Notes under the pieces: model-generated
The model's input: only the letters and a program-made list of their open reading frames with translations
Databases searched by the model: none
What the model was told of the DNA's origin: nothing
Program-made: the position numbers and the translations under genes
Virus record (IMG/VR): IMGVR_UViG_3300035670_000101
Coordinates: 1-64,000 of that record
Length of the DNA: 64,000 nucleotides
Strand: one strand, 5' to 3'
From: a virus
Shown: piece after piece, positions 1 through 10,360 of the stretch
Layout of the letters: each line of letters starts with the position of its first letter
Numbering within the stretch: position 1 is the stretch's first letter

Positions 1-74
1 TCAGATTGGTAACGAATAAATTTAAATAAATATTGGAGTTTTACAATTCGTTGAACTCATAGTTGGAGAATAAA

Positions 75-458
75 ATGTCAGATAATTATAAAATTGTAGA
101 AATTAAAGATACGAAATATGTCCTAGAGCCTTTTCTTGGTAAGAAGGGATTTAAGATTAAACAGAAAGTTGTACGTCTTTTAGCACCTGTACTTAAAGAA
201 GTTGGTACACTAAAAGAAGATAATACAATCCTAGAATATTTATCTGTAGCTGTACAATCAGTTATGGAGCATTCAGATGATGATTCTTTATTTAACTTAA
301 TTGAAGAACTTCTAACAGGTGCTAAAACAGAATCGGGTAAGATTGACTTTGACACTGAGTTCTCTCAAAACTATGTAACTCTCTATAAACTTGTTGCTGA
401 AATTGTTCTTTACAACTACAAAGATGTTTTTTCGGAACTCGGTATGAATGTGGGTTAA
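75..458 (+). CDS. Tail assembly chaperone (gpG-like)
   Basis: SD GGAG then ATG at 75; ~127 aa; two ORFs upstream of the tape measure gene; T-run near the 3' end. Confidence 0.7.
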   Translation: MSDNYKIVEIKDTKYVLEPFLGKKGFKIKQKVVRLLAPVLKEVGTLKEDNTILEYLSVAVQSVMEHSDDDSLFNLIEELLTGAKTESGKIDFDTEFSQNYVTLYKLVAEIVLYNYKDVFSELGMNVG

Positions 459-715
459 CAGTCCCAGAAAATTCATCATCGAGGGTAAATCCTAACGAGT
501 TAAGGAAGTTAGAACAAGATTGGTCAATGCCTGTTGAGTGGTTAATTATCTTACAACAAGAAAAGATTGATGTTGTTGCAACGTACAATCAATTAAAAAA
601 CATGTCAGTTGACGAAGTTCAAGATGTTCTTGAAGCTTTAGATATGCGTAAGATGTATAAGATTGAAGAAATCAGAATCCAAAAAGAACAAGAAGCTAAG
701 AATAATAGGAAGTAG
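431..715 (+). CDS. Tail assembly chaperone extension (gpGT-like), probably reached by a -1 frameshift
   Basis: The -1 frame is open from 401 to 715 and contains ORF 527-715; slippery GTT TTT TCG at 426-434. Confidence 0.6.
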   Translation, partial: FGTRYECGLTVPENSSSRVNPNELRKLEQDWSMPVEWLIILQQEKIDVVATYNQLKNMSVDEVQDVLEALDMRKMYKIEEIRIQKEQEAKNNRK

Positions 716-720
716 GGATT

Positions 721-2748
721 ATGGCTCAAACTGAATTAACAAGAATGTTTGCATCACTTGGGTTCAAAGTTGATGATACTGGTGCTGCACAGTTTGAATC
801 AAGATTGCGTACTCTACGTGAAAACTCTGCAATGTTCGCTCGTAACTTAGGTGTTGTTGCTAATAAACTCACCTTAGTTAAAAAGAAAGTTGATGCTCTT
901 AATAGGAGTTTAGCTTCTGATAGTAAAAGCTCTAAGAGTAAGAACAACAAAGGTATGTCTGAAAGCTATAGCCGTTTAGCTAATTACGTTGAACGTGTTG
1001 AACAATCACACAAGAGTATTACAACACACGAACCTGTCCTTGTTAAAGCTTTAAATAACATTCGTACTACAGTATGGAAAGGTAGTAATGCTTGGGAAGT
1101 ATATCGTAAGAATGTTTCTTCTGCTAACAACGAGATGCGTAGCTTTAAACAGTCTATGGCTGACATGCGTAGAGGTACTGGTAGCGTTGCTGTAAACAAC
1201 AAGTATTATGGTGGTAGTCAAACCTCACCTAGACCCTCTGTAGCTCACCCACCACAGTCACCTACAAGTGCTGCTGGTGGAGCAATGATGTTCGGTGCGT
1301 TAGGTGGGGGCGTTAAGGACTTCTTCCGTAGTATGACTCCAGCTACAGCTATTGCTGGTGGATTAGTTTCTGCTGGTTTTGCAGCTAAAGAAGTTGTTCA
1401 ACGTGGTCGTGAAATGACCAAAATGAATAATGTTCTTCTAATGGCAGCTAGTGGTCAAGAACAATATGCGGAAGCACTTCAGTTTGTAAATAAAGAATCT
1501 CATCGTCTTGGTCAAAGCACTCAAGAGCTGGGCATGGCTTTTGGTAAAGTCTTACAATCAGCTCGTGGTAAAATGAAGTATGAGGATATTGAAAAAGTAT
1601 TCACAGGCTTTGGTGAGTTGATGACAGCTATGGGTGCTAACGTAGATGACCAGAAAGGTATCTATCGTGCATTCGGGCAAATGCTTACTAAAGGTAAGAT
1701 TGAAGCTGAAGAAGAAGGTCAAATGGCTGAACGTGGTCTTCCAGCTAAAGAGTTGATTAAACAATCAGCTATGGAAGTCTATGGTGTTGATAGTGCTGGT
1801 TACGAGAAGATGCGTCAGAAAGGCGCAGTTAAGGTTGAAGATATTGCTGTAAACCTCTCAAATAGAATGAGAGCTATGGCAAATAACAACGATGCCTTAA
1901 ACAAAATGCTTCAAACATCTGCTGTTGCTCAACAACGCTTCATGAACGCTATTGACAAATTAGCACAAACAATCATGAGTAGTGGGTTAGATAAAGCGTT
2001 ATTCTACGTGTTCTCTGGAATGGCTAAAATCCTAGAAGTTATTGAACCGATGATTAAAGGTTTTGGTGCAATGGCTAAGGGTTTGGGTGATTTAACTAAG
2101 GTTTACTTCAGCTTTGCTAACGAAAACAAAACTTTGATGTTAGGTATTCTAGCAACATTATTGATGATTGTCAGATTTACAAAAGCTAGTGAAAAAGCTG
2201 GTGTTGTTACAAGAATATTGTCAGGTGATATTACCAAGTTGAATGGTAAGTATCTTGCTCTTGCTGGAAGAGTTGCTAAGACAACCTTAGTTGTTTGGGC
2301 TTTATTTGAAGCGATGTCTGCTTTAGAAAGAAGTAACTCTGGTGAGGTGAATTGGGTAACTCTGCTTGGCGCTCAATTCCAAATCTTATACGGTACAATT
2401 GACCTTGCAGCAGCTAGGATTGAAAACTTCTTCTTAAAGCTCAAGTATTACGCTAAAAACCCAATGCAATTGTTTGGTGCAGATAGTACATTTAGAGCTT
2501 CTGAGATGATACCCGGCATTGGTGTTCTTAAGTATGCCAAAAACGCACTGAGAAAGATGGAAGATAGATTCAATCCAAGACAAGAACCAGACAAGGATAG
2601 GTTTCCGAGCACTCTACCTGACTTCCAAGAACCTAAGAGTTCTAACAACACGGTTAATATCTTACTTAAAGATCAAGCAGGGAATATTCTGGATCGAGGT
2701 TCGGCAAGACTTGGGGATTTAAGTCCTCTAACACTAACACAACCTTAA
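721..2748 (+). CDS. Tape measure protein
   Basis: 675 aa, Ala/Gly-rich and helical; tape-measure domain motif 'AFGQMLTKGKIEAEE..QMAERG'; position in tail module. Confidence 0.9.
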   Translation: MAQTELTRMFASLGFKVDDTGAAQFESRLRTLRENSAMFARNLGVVANKLTLVKKKVDALNRSLASDSKSSKSKNNKGMSESYSRLANYVERVEQSHKSITTHEPVLVKALNNIRTTVWKGSNAWEVYRKNVSSANNEMRSFKQSMADMRRGTGSVAVNNKYYGGSQTSPRPSVAHPPQSPTSAAGGAMMFGALGGGVKDFFRSMTPATAIAGGLVSAGFAAKEVVQRGREMTKMNNVLLMAASGQEQYAEALQFVNKESHRLGQSTQELGMAFGKVLQSARGKMKYEDIEKVFTGFGELMTAMGANVDDQKGIYRAFGQMLTKGKIEAEEEGQMAERGLPAKELIKQSAMEVYGVDSAGYEKMRQKGAVKVEDIAVNLSNRMRAMANNNDALNKMLQTSAVAQQRFMNAIDKLAQTIMSSGLDKALFYVFSGMAKILEVIEPMIKGFGAMAKGLGDLTKVYFSFANENKTLMLGILATLLMIVRFTKASEKAGVVTRILSGDITKLNGKYLALAGRVAKTTLVVWALFEAMSALERSNSGEVNWVTLLGAQFQILYGTIDLAAARIENFFLKLKYYAKNPMQLFGADSTFRASEMIPGIGVLKYAKNALRKMEDRFNPRQEPDKDRFPSTLPDFQEPKSSNNTVNILLKDQAGNILDRGSARLGDLSPLTLTQP

Positions 2749-2757
2749 GGAGAGATA

Positions 2758-3588
2758 ATGATTTACAGTCTTAGGATTGCCTCTACAGATGAGATCATCT
2801 CCTTTAGTAGTGTTACAGATTTTAGTGAAAACCTTTCCGCAACTGTTACAATGCACGAAACAGAAGTTGGTTTTCCTATCTCTGATAATTTAGTGTTCTC
2901 CAACCCTGAGTTTTCGATCTCAGGGGTGTTCTCTTACTACAATAGTATGAATAGAGAGATTATCCTCGTAGATGGTGAGTTTGTTGTTAGGGACGAAAGT
3001 AACAGCCCTGTTGAAACTCACATCGACATTGAGAAGAAGATTAGAAACATTTATGAATCCAAGCAACCTTTCTCAATTATTAAGTCTACAAGTTTAGATG
3101 ATATTAGTGGAACAGAAGTTGATCGTATTGATAGCTGTGTAATGCGAGGTTTGGTTTTTAATACAACTGCTGATAGACATGGTGCTGTATTCCCTTCGAT
3201 GCAAATTGTTCAGGTTAGACAAGCTACAGTTTTAGAAGAAGATGTTCCAAACGCAATCCCTCAGATTGTACCTATCTTAAATCAAAATGCAACGAGTACA
3301 ACAGCAAAACAAGCAACTGAGTCTGTAACTGATAAACCACCTAATGAACCAGCAACAAGTCAAACAGCAGCAGATAAGGCGGTTAAAGGTGATCCGGAGG
3401 CAATCAAGAGATTATCAAAAGCTATGAGTGAAGCTGAATCTAAAATGGTTCAAGCAAACTTATGGAAGTCAATCAATGCTCAGATAAAATCAGGAAACAC
3501 TAAAGCTTACGAATGGGATGTTCTTCCAAGCCCTAACACTGGCGGATGGGTAATAATCAAACCAGAGAACGTTTATAGGGGTCAATAA
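2758..3588 (+). CDS. Baseplate/tail tube initiator (Dit-like) protein
   Basis: Directly after the tape measure gene; 'VTMHETEVGFPISDN' resembles the T.HPVE.G..ISD motif. Confidence 0.65.
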   Translation: MIYSLRIASTDEIISFSSVTDFSENLSATVTMHETEVGFPISDNLVFSNPEFSISGVFSYYNSMNREIILVDGEFVVRDESNSPVETHIDIEKKIRNIYESKQPFSIIKSTSLDDISGTEVDRIDSCVMRGLVFNTTADRHGAVFPSMQIVQVRQATVLEEDVPNAIPQIVPILNQNATSTTAKQATESVTDKPPNEPATSQTAADKAVKGDPEAIKRLSKAMSEAESKMVQANLWKSINAQIKSGNTKAYEWDVLPSPNTGGWVIIKPENVYRGQ

Positions 3589-3590
3589 CA

Positions 3591-3974
3591 ATGACAGTTG
3601 ATGTTACTTACATTGAGTTAAAAAACTTCTCTAAATATGTATGTCCAGTTGATATATTCGGTGTACCTTGTTTATTAACAGCATCTTATAACAGTCGTAA
3701 AGGTCAAAGGTTAATCTCTTTAACTTCTTACGATGGTGAGATTGTTTATCTAAAACCAACATTCATTACCAACTTAGATAGGGTGTTCTTAAACTTTAAT
3801 ATGCTTCTAAATGAGTTGGATGTTTACGTAACTCTTGAAGCATTAACCGTTAATGGTGTTAAGCAAACCTCTACAGATTATTTAAATTGGAGTCGTAGTT
3901 ACAGACTTGCTTTTGTATCGCTACCACCAACAGAGAGGTTGGAAGGTTTTAGAAACCTAAGTGATGCTGAATAA
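3591..3974 (+). CDS. Small baseplate structural protein
   Basis: Synteny between the Dit-like and hub genes. Confidence 0.5.
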   Translation: MTVDVTYIELKNFSKYVCPVDIFGVPCLLTASYNSRKGQRLISLTSYDGEIVYLKPTFITNLDRVFLNFNMLLNELDVYVTLEALTVNGVKQTSTDYLNWSRSYRLAFVSLPPTERLEGFRNLSDAE

Positions 3975-4005
3975 CCTATAAAACCTCATTATTTTTGGAG
4001 AACAA

Positions 4006-5268
4006 ATGAGAATACAATCGGGAAGATTATGTAAACTTGAATTTACAAACCTTGTGACAAAAAAGAAGTTTACTATTGATCAGAAGTTGCGTATCTCATT
4101 TGAGTTCTTTAAGAGTGCTGATGAGAATACAAATTCATCAACAGGTAAGATCACAATCTTTGGCTTAACACAAGCTACAGCAGAAAAACTTGGTGGTTAT
4201 GTAAACAATAACTTCCAAACTGAAGTTGGTTTAAGTGTTGGTTATGAAGGAGATAAAGATAACTTTCAAACGTTGTTTTATGCTGGTGTAACTTCTGAGA
4301 TTAAGTACACTAAAGGTCAAGGTACTTCTGAAACTACAATGAATGTTAGTGCTAACTTTAGAAGTTTTAGACTTGGCACAGTTCAAAGTAAACAATATGT
4401 TAATACCTCGATTGAGGAATTGTTGAAAGATATTGGTGAAGTATTTGGAGGGGAGTTCTCACTAAAACTTACACCAGATCAGGAACAGAACTCTACTGAA
4501 ATTCTCAAGATACTGCAACAAACAACTGTTTTGAATTGGTCTTTCTCAGGAACTCTTGGTGATTATCTTAAGAAGATTTGTGACAACTTTGGACTATCTT
4601 ATCATACAGAAGTTTTTGAAGATGGTAAAAGACACTACATGTTCTACATATCAGATCAAAGTTATGTTGGGTTTTATACACCATTAATTGAAGCTATTAA
4701 AGCTAACAAAAAGGTTCAACTTTCAGCAGACAATAAGACAGAGAATTACAAGAAAGAAAGCATGAGAGTTCTTTATGAGGATAAAGATTCAAAGACAGCA
4801 GTTGTTCTTGGTTATGAAACTGGATTAGTTGAGCAACCATACTTAGATAGTAGGAATGTTAAAGTTCCTTATGACACTAAGGTTTCAGAAAGTCTTGTTG
4901 TAGAAAGAAAAGCAATCAAAGCTGTTGTTGATAAAAAGACTGGCGAGCAAAAGAAAGATAAAGAAGGTAATTTGCGTTGGACTAAACCTCCAAAGAAGAT
5001 CACTGTTTATCGTAGATTCTTAGCTGCTAAAGCTCTTATCAATCCAGACATCAAACCTTTTGGCATGGTGAGGATTGACACAGGTAATCCTAGAACAGAT
5101 GGGTTGTATCGTGTTCGTAATTGTAAGTTTACAGGGGATACTCACGGACAAGCTTGGTACGTTGAGATGGAGCTTGAAGATACATCAGACTTTACTCCAG
5201 AATTTAAACGTAAAGCCTTAGCTGGTGAAGATCAAGAAATAGAAGTGTTAGGTGGAGATGAAGAATAA
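4006..5268 (+). CDS. Baseplate hub protein
   Basis: 'GKITIFGL', 'VGYEGD', C-terminal 'GLYRV...FTGDTHGQAWYVE' typical of myovirus hubs. Confidence 0.8.
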   Translation: MRIQSGRLCKLEFTNLVTKKKFTIDQKLRISFEFFKSADENTNSSTGKITIFGLTQATAEKLGGYVNNNFQTEVGLSVGYEGDKDNFQTLFYAGVTSEIKYTKGQGTSETTMNVSANFRSFRLGTVQSKQYVNTSIEELLKDIGEVFGGEFSLKLTPDQEQNSTEILKILQQTTVLNWSFSGTLGDYLKKICDNFGLSYHTEVFEDGKRHYMFYISDQSYVGFYTPLIEAIKANKKVQLSADNKTENYKKESMRVLYEDKDSKTAVVLGYETGLVEQPYLDSRNVKVPYDTKVSESLVVERKAIKAVVDKKTGEQKKDKEGNLRWTKPPKKITVYRRFLAAKALINPDIKPFGMVRIDTGNPRTDGLYRVRNCKFTGDTHGQAWYVEMELEDTSDFTPEFKRKALAGEDQEIEVLGGDEE

Positions 5269-5856
5269 ATGGAAGTTTCATTAGAGAGTATTCTTAAATC
5301 TTTTATCTCATTCAATATTAATCAAATCAACACTTGCATGGTTGGTGAGGTTGTTAACACAGATAACCTTAGTAATGGTTTTATTGATGTACAACCACTT
5401 GTAAATAAGCGTGGTGGTAATTACGACACTTACGAGTACCCTGTTATCTCCTACGTCCCTGTTGTCATGCCAGCAACCACAACAGCAGGGATTATTCTCC
5501 CTGTTAAACGTGGTGACACTGTACTCCTTGTAATTGGTCAACATTGTTTCGATCAATTTAAACTTGGTGTAAAAGTTCCTCATGACACTTTAGATTTAAG
5601 ACGTTTTGATATTTCAGATGCAGTTGCTTTTGTTGGTTTTAATACAACACAAGACAGTGTGTGGAATACAGACAACCACAAGAAAGATTACTCGGAAGAT
5701 TCTCTTAAAGTTTACAATAATCTTGGTACAGATCAAGAGTGCTCAATGTCATTAACCAACAAAGGGGATATTGATGTTGATTGCAATACCTTTAGAGTTA
5801 GTGCTAAAAAGAAGATTGAATTAGTTGCCCCTATGATTAGTGAGAATGGAGTGTAA
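5269..5856 (+). CDS. Baseplate spike/puncturing protein (Gp138 N-terminal-like)
   Basis: 'DVQPL', 'VPVVMP', 'PVKRGD', 'RRFDISDAVAFVG' motifs. Confidence 0.8.
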   Translation: MEVSLESILKSFISFNINQINTCMVGEVVNTDNLSNGFIDVQPLVNKRGGNYDTYEYPVISYVPVVMPATTTAGIILPVKRGDTVLLVIGQHCFDQFKLGVKVPHDTLDLRRFDISDAVAFVGFNTTQDSVWNTDNHKKDYSEDSLKVYNNLGTDQECSMSLTNKGDIDVDCNTFRVSAKKKIELVAPMISENGV

Positions 5857-5858
5857 GT

Positions 5859-6779
5859 GTGATTACAATATGTACGAATACTCCAATACCTGATTTAGAA
5901 GATTTAAGGGAGCAAGTTAACAAGTCTATAGAAGATTTGATTGATCAATTCCCGTCTTTTAATGATGTTCTTGAATACTTGAGAAAACTGTACTTAGAGC
6001 CTATTGCATCAATATTGCCAACCATTAGAAATATTATCTATGAAGGGTATAGCAATATAACCCAAGAGATTAATGAGATTGTTGAGGGTATTAAACACTA
6101 CCAAGACATTATAACAATGGGTGGTATATTTGAAAAACTTGTAAGTGTTATAGGTGGGGTGTTGGATGACCTAATTCCACCTATACCAATCCTAAACATA
6201 CCATTTACTACAGTTCTAAAGATGGACGCAGAAGCATTGTATGATGCAGTTAAGCAAGCAATAATCAATGCAATTGACCTCCCTTTTATAACCCTACCTT
6301 TATTTGAAGGTTTTAGAAGCCTTGCTCAAGAAGTTGTTTATACGGTTAAAACAATATTGATTGGTTATAAAAACATATTGATAAACACAATGAAAGAGAT
6401 GATTAGTCAGGTTTTGGAAATCTTAGAAATTGTTGCAACATTACCAAGTCTTTTAGTTGTTCCGACAGCGAAAGAAGTTATGGACGCTATTTTAGACATG
6501 TTTCCAGAGTACAAGAGTATTGTTGAAGTTATTAAGAAAACAGGACACACAGTTGAACAACTTTTAAATATGACTCAACCAAACAGTCCAAGTTTTAAAG
6601 AAAAGTTTATCGCTTTTTACTCAAACACTTCGACACAAATTGCAGAAAGGGTTAACCAAACTGTAGACTACATATCTTCCTTGAACTTTAAAATGCTAGT
6701 TGACTTCATTAAAAACACATTAAAACAACTAGGAATAGAGTTTCCAGTATTTTGTTTCACTTTAGGGGTTTCTCAGTAA
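5859..6779 (+). CDS. Hypothetical baseplate-module protein with three internal repeats
   Basis: 306 aa; coupled between spike and wedge genes; repeated LP...(Y/F)EG(Y/F)..+.QE+ units. Confidence 0.75.
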   Translation: MITICTNTPIPDLEDLREQVNKSIEDLIDQFPSFNDVLEYLRKLYLEPIASILPTIRNIIYEGYSNITQEINEIVEGIKHYQDIITMGGIFEKLVSVIGGVLDDLIPPIPILNIPFTTVLKMDAEALYDAVKQAIINAIDLPFITLPLFEGFRSLAQEVVYTVKTILIGYKNILINTMKEMISQVLEILEIVATLPSLLVVPTAKEVMDAILDMFPEYKSIVEVIKKTGHTVEQLLNMTQPNSPSFKEKFIAFYSNTSTQIAERVNQTVDYISSLNFKMLVDFIKNTLKQLGIEFPVFCFTLGVSQ

Positions 6780-7189
6780 TGGATTATAAACTTACAAACG
6801 GTAAACTCTCATTGTTGGGTGGAGATATTCAACTGACTTCTGATTACTTTGATAGTATTGCACAAAGACTTTATATTCGACTTAAATCAAACTATGGTAA
6901 ATGGTTTTTAGATACAACTTACGGTGTTGATTACTACGGTAAAATCTTTGGTAAGGTTAGAAATAAAACTCGTGTCGATCTCTTGCTTAAAGATGAAATC
7001 TTAAAAGAAGAAAATGTTGTTAGAATTACTCGATTCATTTCAACAATTGATAATAGAACACGTAACTACAGTTGTGAATTTACAGTTCAGTTGGTTGGTA
7101 TTTCAGCAGAAACTCAATACAGAATTATTACAACACAAAATGGTTTTGCCCTTTTAACACAAAACGATAAATACATTACAACACCTTAA
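6779..7189 (+). CDS. Baseplate wedge/sheath initiator (gp25-like, DUF2634-like)
   Basis: 'IAQRLYIRLK...GKWFLDTTYGVDY' motif; ATG at 6779 overlaps the upstream stop. Confidence 0.8.
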   Translation: MDYKLTNGKLSLLGGDIQLTSDYFDSIAQRLYIRLKSNYGKWFLDTTYGVDYYGKIFGKVRNKTRVDLLLKDEILKEENVVRITRFISTIDNRTRNYSCEFTVQLVGISAETQYRIITTQNGFALLTQNDKYITTP

Positions 7190-7215
7190 CTAGATGGATA
7201 TTGGAGAATACTAAA

Positions 7216-8670
7216 TTGGCAAAATTTACAGAGAATGGTTTTGAGATTGATGGGTTAGTTCAAATCAGAGAAAGGTTAACAAACAGTGCTAATGCTAAGT
7301 TTGAACCACTACTGAACGGTCAAACATTATCAACAGATGATAGTAGTGTTATTGGTAGACAGCTTGGTATTTTATCAGAATCATTGGCACTACAAGAAGA
7401 AGCTTTACAAGCTGTAGTTGCATCTTTTGACCCACAACAAGCAGCAGGGAGTGTTCTAGATGATCTTGTTTACCTAACATTGGGTGATCACCGTTTAGAT
7501 TCTGATCCAGCTTTCGGGTTACTTATTGTTTTTGGTACAGTTGGTAGTGTTATATATGAAGGTGCTAGTGCAAGAAGCAGAGTAACGGGTGATGTATTCA
7601 ACCTAGATAACCCTGTTATTTTTAATACTACAGCTTGTAATGGTGTTGAGTTTGATGTGGTTTTAAGCTCCGTAGAGAGCGTTTATAGATTAACCTATGG
7701 TGTTGAAGGTAAACCATCAGAAAACCCTCCTATCGAGCTTCTATCGCTTCCTACTGATACTAAAGAAACATTAGCTGCACGTATTGCTCAAACAATAAAT
7801 TCACAAACATCTGACCTCGTAGCTACAGTTACCAACTCAAACAAAGTTAATGTCTATATTAGAAATAGAGTGGATGTGGGATTCTTTAACACAACAACAA
7901 ACCTACCTATTGAATCTTCTTACATGCCTGTATATTCAACAAGTGCAACATACACGGCAGTTTCTCAAGATGCTGATACAGTTACTCAGATTAATAGCGG
8001 TGCAACTTCTGGGTGGTTGAATGTAACAAATCCTTACGCAACAGCAGAAAGTACACCTGTCGAGAGCGATACAGACTTACGATATCGTTGGAGATTATCT
8101 AAAGCTTCAAATGCTTTTGGTGACTATGATGCAATGTTGTCTTCTCTCCTAAGAGTGCGTGGTGTTAAGTTTGTAAACATTCAGCAAAACATTACATCAC
8201 AACCTAATGGTGAGAGAATTAATCAGGGTGTAAGTGTAGTTGTACAAGGTGGTAATGGTCAAGCTGTTGCTAACGAGGTGTTCAGAAATCTACCTATTGG
8301 CACAGTTACAAATGGCACAGAGGAATATTTTGTTTCCGATATTACGGGTACAAATCATTCTGTAAAATTATCAAGACCAAACTTAATTCCTATTAAAATT
8401 TCAATGTCTGTTAAGGCTCTACCAAACTTCCCTACAAATGGTAAGAATATGATCAAGCAAGCAATTGTTGATTACTTCAACTCATTAGATGTTGGTGAAG
8501 ATATTCTGTATTCTCGTCTATTTGATCCTATCAACACAATTCAAGGATTTAGTGCAAACAATTTAAGAATTGGTAAAGTTTCAGGTAATCTTGGTGTTGA
8601 TGATATTGTTCTTAAGTTTAATGAACTTGCAACAATACGCCCAGAAGATATTCTAATTGGTGGTAGTTAA
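7216..8670 (+). CDS. Baseplate J-like wedge protein
   Basis: 'FDPQQAAGSVLD', 'ESDTDLRYR' motifs; SD GGAG then TTG at 7216. Confidence 0.85.
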   Translation: MAKFTENGFEIDGLVQIRERLTNSANAKFEPLLNGQTLSTDDSSVIGRQLGILSESLALQEEALQAVVASFDPQQAAGSVLDDLVYLTLGDHRLDSDPAFGLLIVFGTVGSVIYEGASARSRVTGDVFNLDNPVIFNTTACNGVEFDVVLSSVESVYRLTYGVEGKPSENPPIELLSLPTDTKETLAARIAQTINSQTSDLVATVTNSNKVNVYIRNRVDVGFFNTTTNLPIESSYMPVYSTSATYTAVSQDADTVTQINSGATSGWLNVTNPYATAESTPVESDTDLRYRWRLSKASNAFGDYDAMLSSLLRVRGVKFVNIQQNITSQPNGERINQGVSVVVQGGNGQAVANEVFRNLPIGTVTNGTEEYFVSDITGTNHSVKLSRPNLIPIKISMSVKALPNFPTNGKNMIKQAIVDYFNSLDVGEDILYSRLFDPINTIQGFSANNLRIGKVSGNLGVDDIVLKFNELATIRPEDILIGGS

Positions 8671-8671
8671 T

Positions 8672-9307
8672 ATGACAGTAGATTTTATTGATTACACAAC
8701 TCTAGCAAGAACCAGATACACGGATTTGTTTAAAGGTGATGAGGTGTGGGGTACGCTAATCACCTCTCAAACAGAAGTTATTAATTTTTACCAGCAACAA
8801 TACTTAGATTTCATTAAGAATGTTTTTAACATTGATAACAGTTTTGGTAAAGGTTTAGACTTCATTGGTGCTTTAGTCAAACAACCAAGAATACTTGTAG
8901 ATTTTAATCAGGGTGTGCACTTTGGGTTTGAAGGGAGCTACAAGAGTGGAACTTTTGGTACTGTTGCTGACCCATCTGTAGGTGCTCCGTTCTTTTCTAA
9001 ACTAACTACAAACCAAGTTTCAGGTAAAGTGTTAAGTGATGAAGAATATCGTAGAGTTATTAAAGCCAGAATAATCTATAACAATTCAAATTGTAGGACA
9101 AATGAGTTCTTAAGGATTGTTGAACTTCTAAGCTACTCCACACAGAACAGTGTTTCTTGGGATAGACATGGTGTAATCAACTTAAACATTGTTGAAGATG
9201 GTATTGGGTTGTTGTCTTATTTCATTTCAAGAACTTGGTCAAATGATAGAATCTTACCAATACCTCTTGGTTATCGACTAGAACAGAAATACATCGGAAC
9301 AGAATAA
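8672..9307 (+). CDS. Baseplate wedge protein (DUF2612/P2 gpI-like)
   Basis: 'GKGLDFIGALV', 'FGFEG', 'LSDEEYRRVIKARI..N' motifs. Confidence 0.85.
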   Translation: MTVDFIDYTTLARTRYTDLFKGDEVWGTLITSQTEVINFYQQQYLDFIKNVFNIDNSFGKGLDFIGALVKQPRILVDFNQGVHFGFEGSYKSGTFGTVADPSVGAPFFSKLTTNQVSGKVLSDEEYRRVIKARIIYNNSNCRTNEFLRIVELLSYSTQNSVSWDRHGVINLNIVEDGIGLLSYFISRTWSNDRILPIPLGYRLEQKYIGTE

Positions 9308-9322
9308 ATTGGAGAATAATAA

Positions 9323-10345
9323 ATGGCGTTAATTCCAAAGCCTAATGTTACTATTAGATGGGCTGAAGGTGGAAACCAATTAGAACCCGCATCAGAAGTT
9401 CAAGAGCTTGGTTTTGTTGTAGAGAAACCTCCTTATGAGGTTGTTAACTGGTTACACAATAAACACGATACTGCTGTAGCTTACTTATACCAAGAGGGTT
9501 TTCCTGATTGGGATGTTGAAACAGAATACTCAAATACATCTTACATAAAGTATGATGGCGTTATTTACAAAGCAAAATTGCAAAACACTGGTAAACAACC
9601 TGATGTTGAACCTGATAATTGGGAGGTTGCTTTTGCTAACTACCAAGACTACTTAGACCTATATCAAGACCTACAAGATACAAAGAATGTTTCAGGACAT
9701 GCTGATAACTTAGTCTATAAAGATACCCCTGTAATGACAGGTAAGGCTGTTGGTACATCATTCTCAGTTAATTCTGGTATTGGTACTAATGACGGTTATC
9801 AGTTTAATAGCCACAGTCGAGATGGTTTATTCCACAACGGCACAAACCCTGTTGTTTTAAATGACGGTACAACAGTTGCTTCATTTAGTGGAAACATTAA
9901 CACTCCATCAGCTAAAGATGTTGTAACTTTTGATATGCTACAGAAGTATCTTGAGCTTTACAAGGTTGGTGATTTGTATTTAACCTCCGAGGTTGGTAAT
10001 CCATCAACAAGACTTGGTTATGGTTCTTGGGTTCGTTATGCCGAAGGTAGAGCATTAGTCGGTTACAGTAGTAATGTAACAACATCTGTCCCTGATTGGG
10101 TTAAGGTTGCTGGAAACACTTTCGGTTCTTATGAGCATAAACTGACCATCCCAGAGATGCCGAAACACAATCACAGACAGAATGGGTCTACGGATGGTGG
10201 TAGTGCCACAGGTTATCAAATTGACTATAATAACTCCCCACAATACCAAGTAACAAATGTATTTTCTGAGGATTCTGGTGGTGATCAGCCTCACAATAAC
10301 GTTCAGCCTTCAATAGTAATTTATGTGTGGCGCAGAGTTTCATAA
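9323..10345 (+). CDS. Tail fibre/baseplate protein with T4 gp10-like C-terminus
   Basis: N-terminal 'WAEGG..KPPYEVVNW'; C-terminal 'GSYEHKLTIPEMPKHNH...GGDQPHNNVQPSIVIYVWRR'. Confidence 0.8.
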   Translation: MALIPKPNVTIRWAEGGNQLEPASEVQELGFVVEKPPYEVVNWLHNKHDTAVAYLYQEGFPDWDVETEYSNTSYIKYDGVIYKAKLQNTGKQPDVEPDNWEVAFANYQDYLDLYQDLQDTKNVSGHADNLVYKDTPVMTGKAVGTSFSVNSGIGTNDGYQFNSHSRDGLFHNGTNPVVLNDGTTVASFSGNINTPSAKDVVTFDMLQKYLELYKVGDLYLTSEVGNPSTRLGYGSWVRYAEGRALVGYSSNVTTSVPDWVKVAGNTFGSYEHKLTIPEMPKHNHRQNGSTDGGSATGYQIDYNNSPQYQVTNVFSEDSGGDQPHNNVQPSIVIYVWRRVS

Positions 10346-10360
10346 AGATAAGGGGATAAA

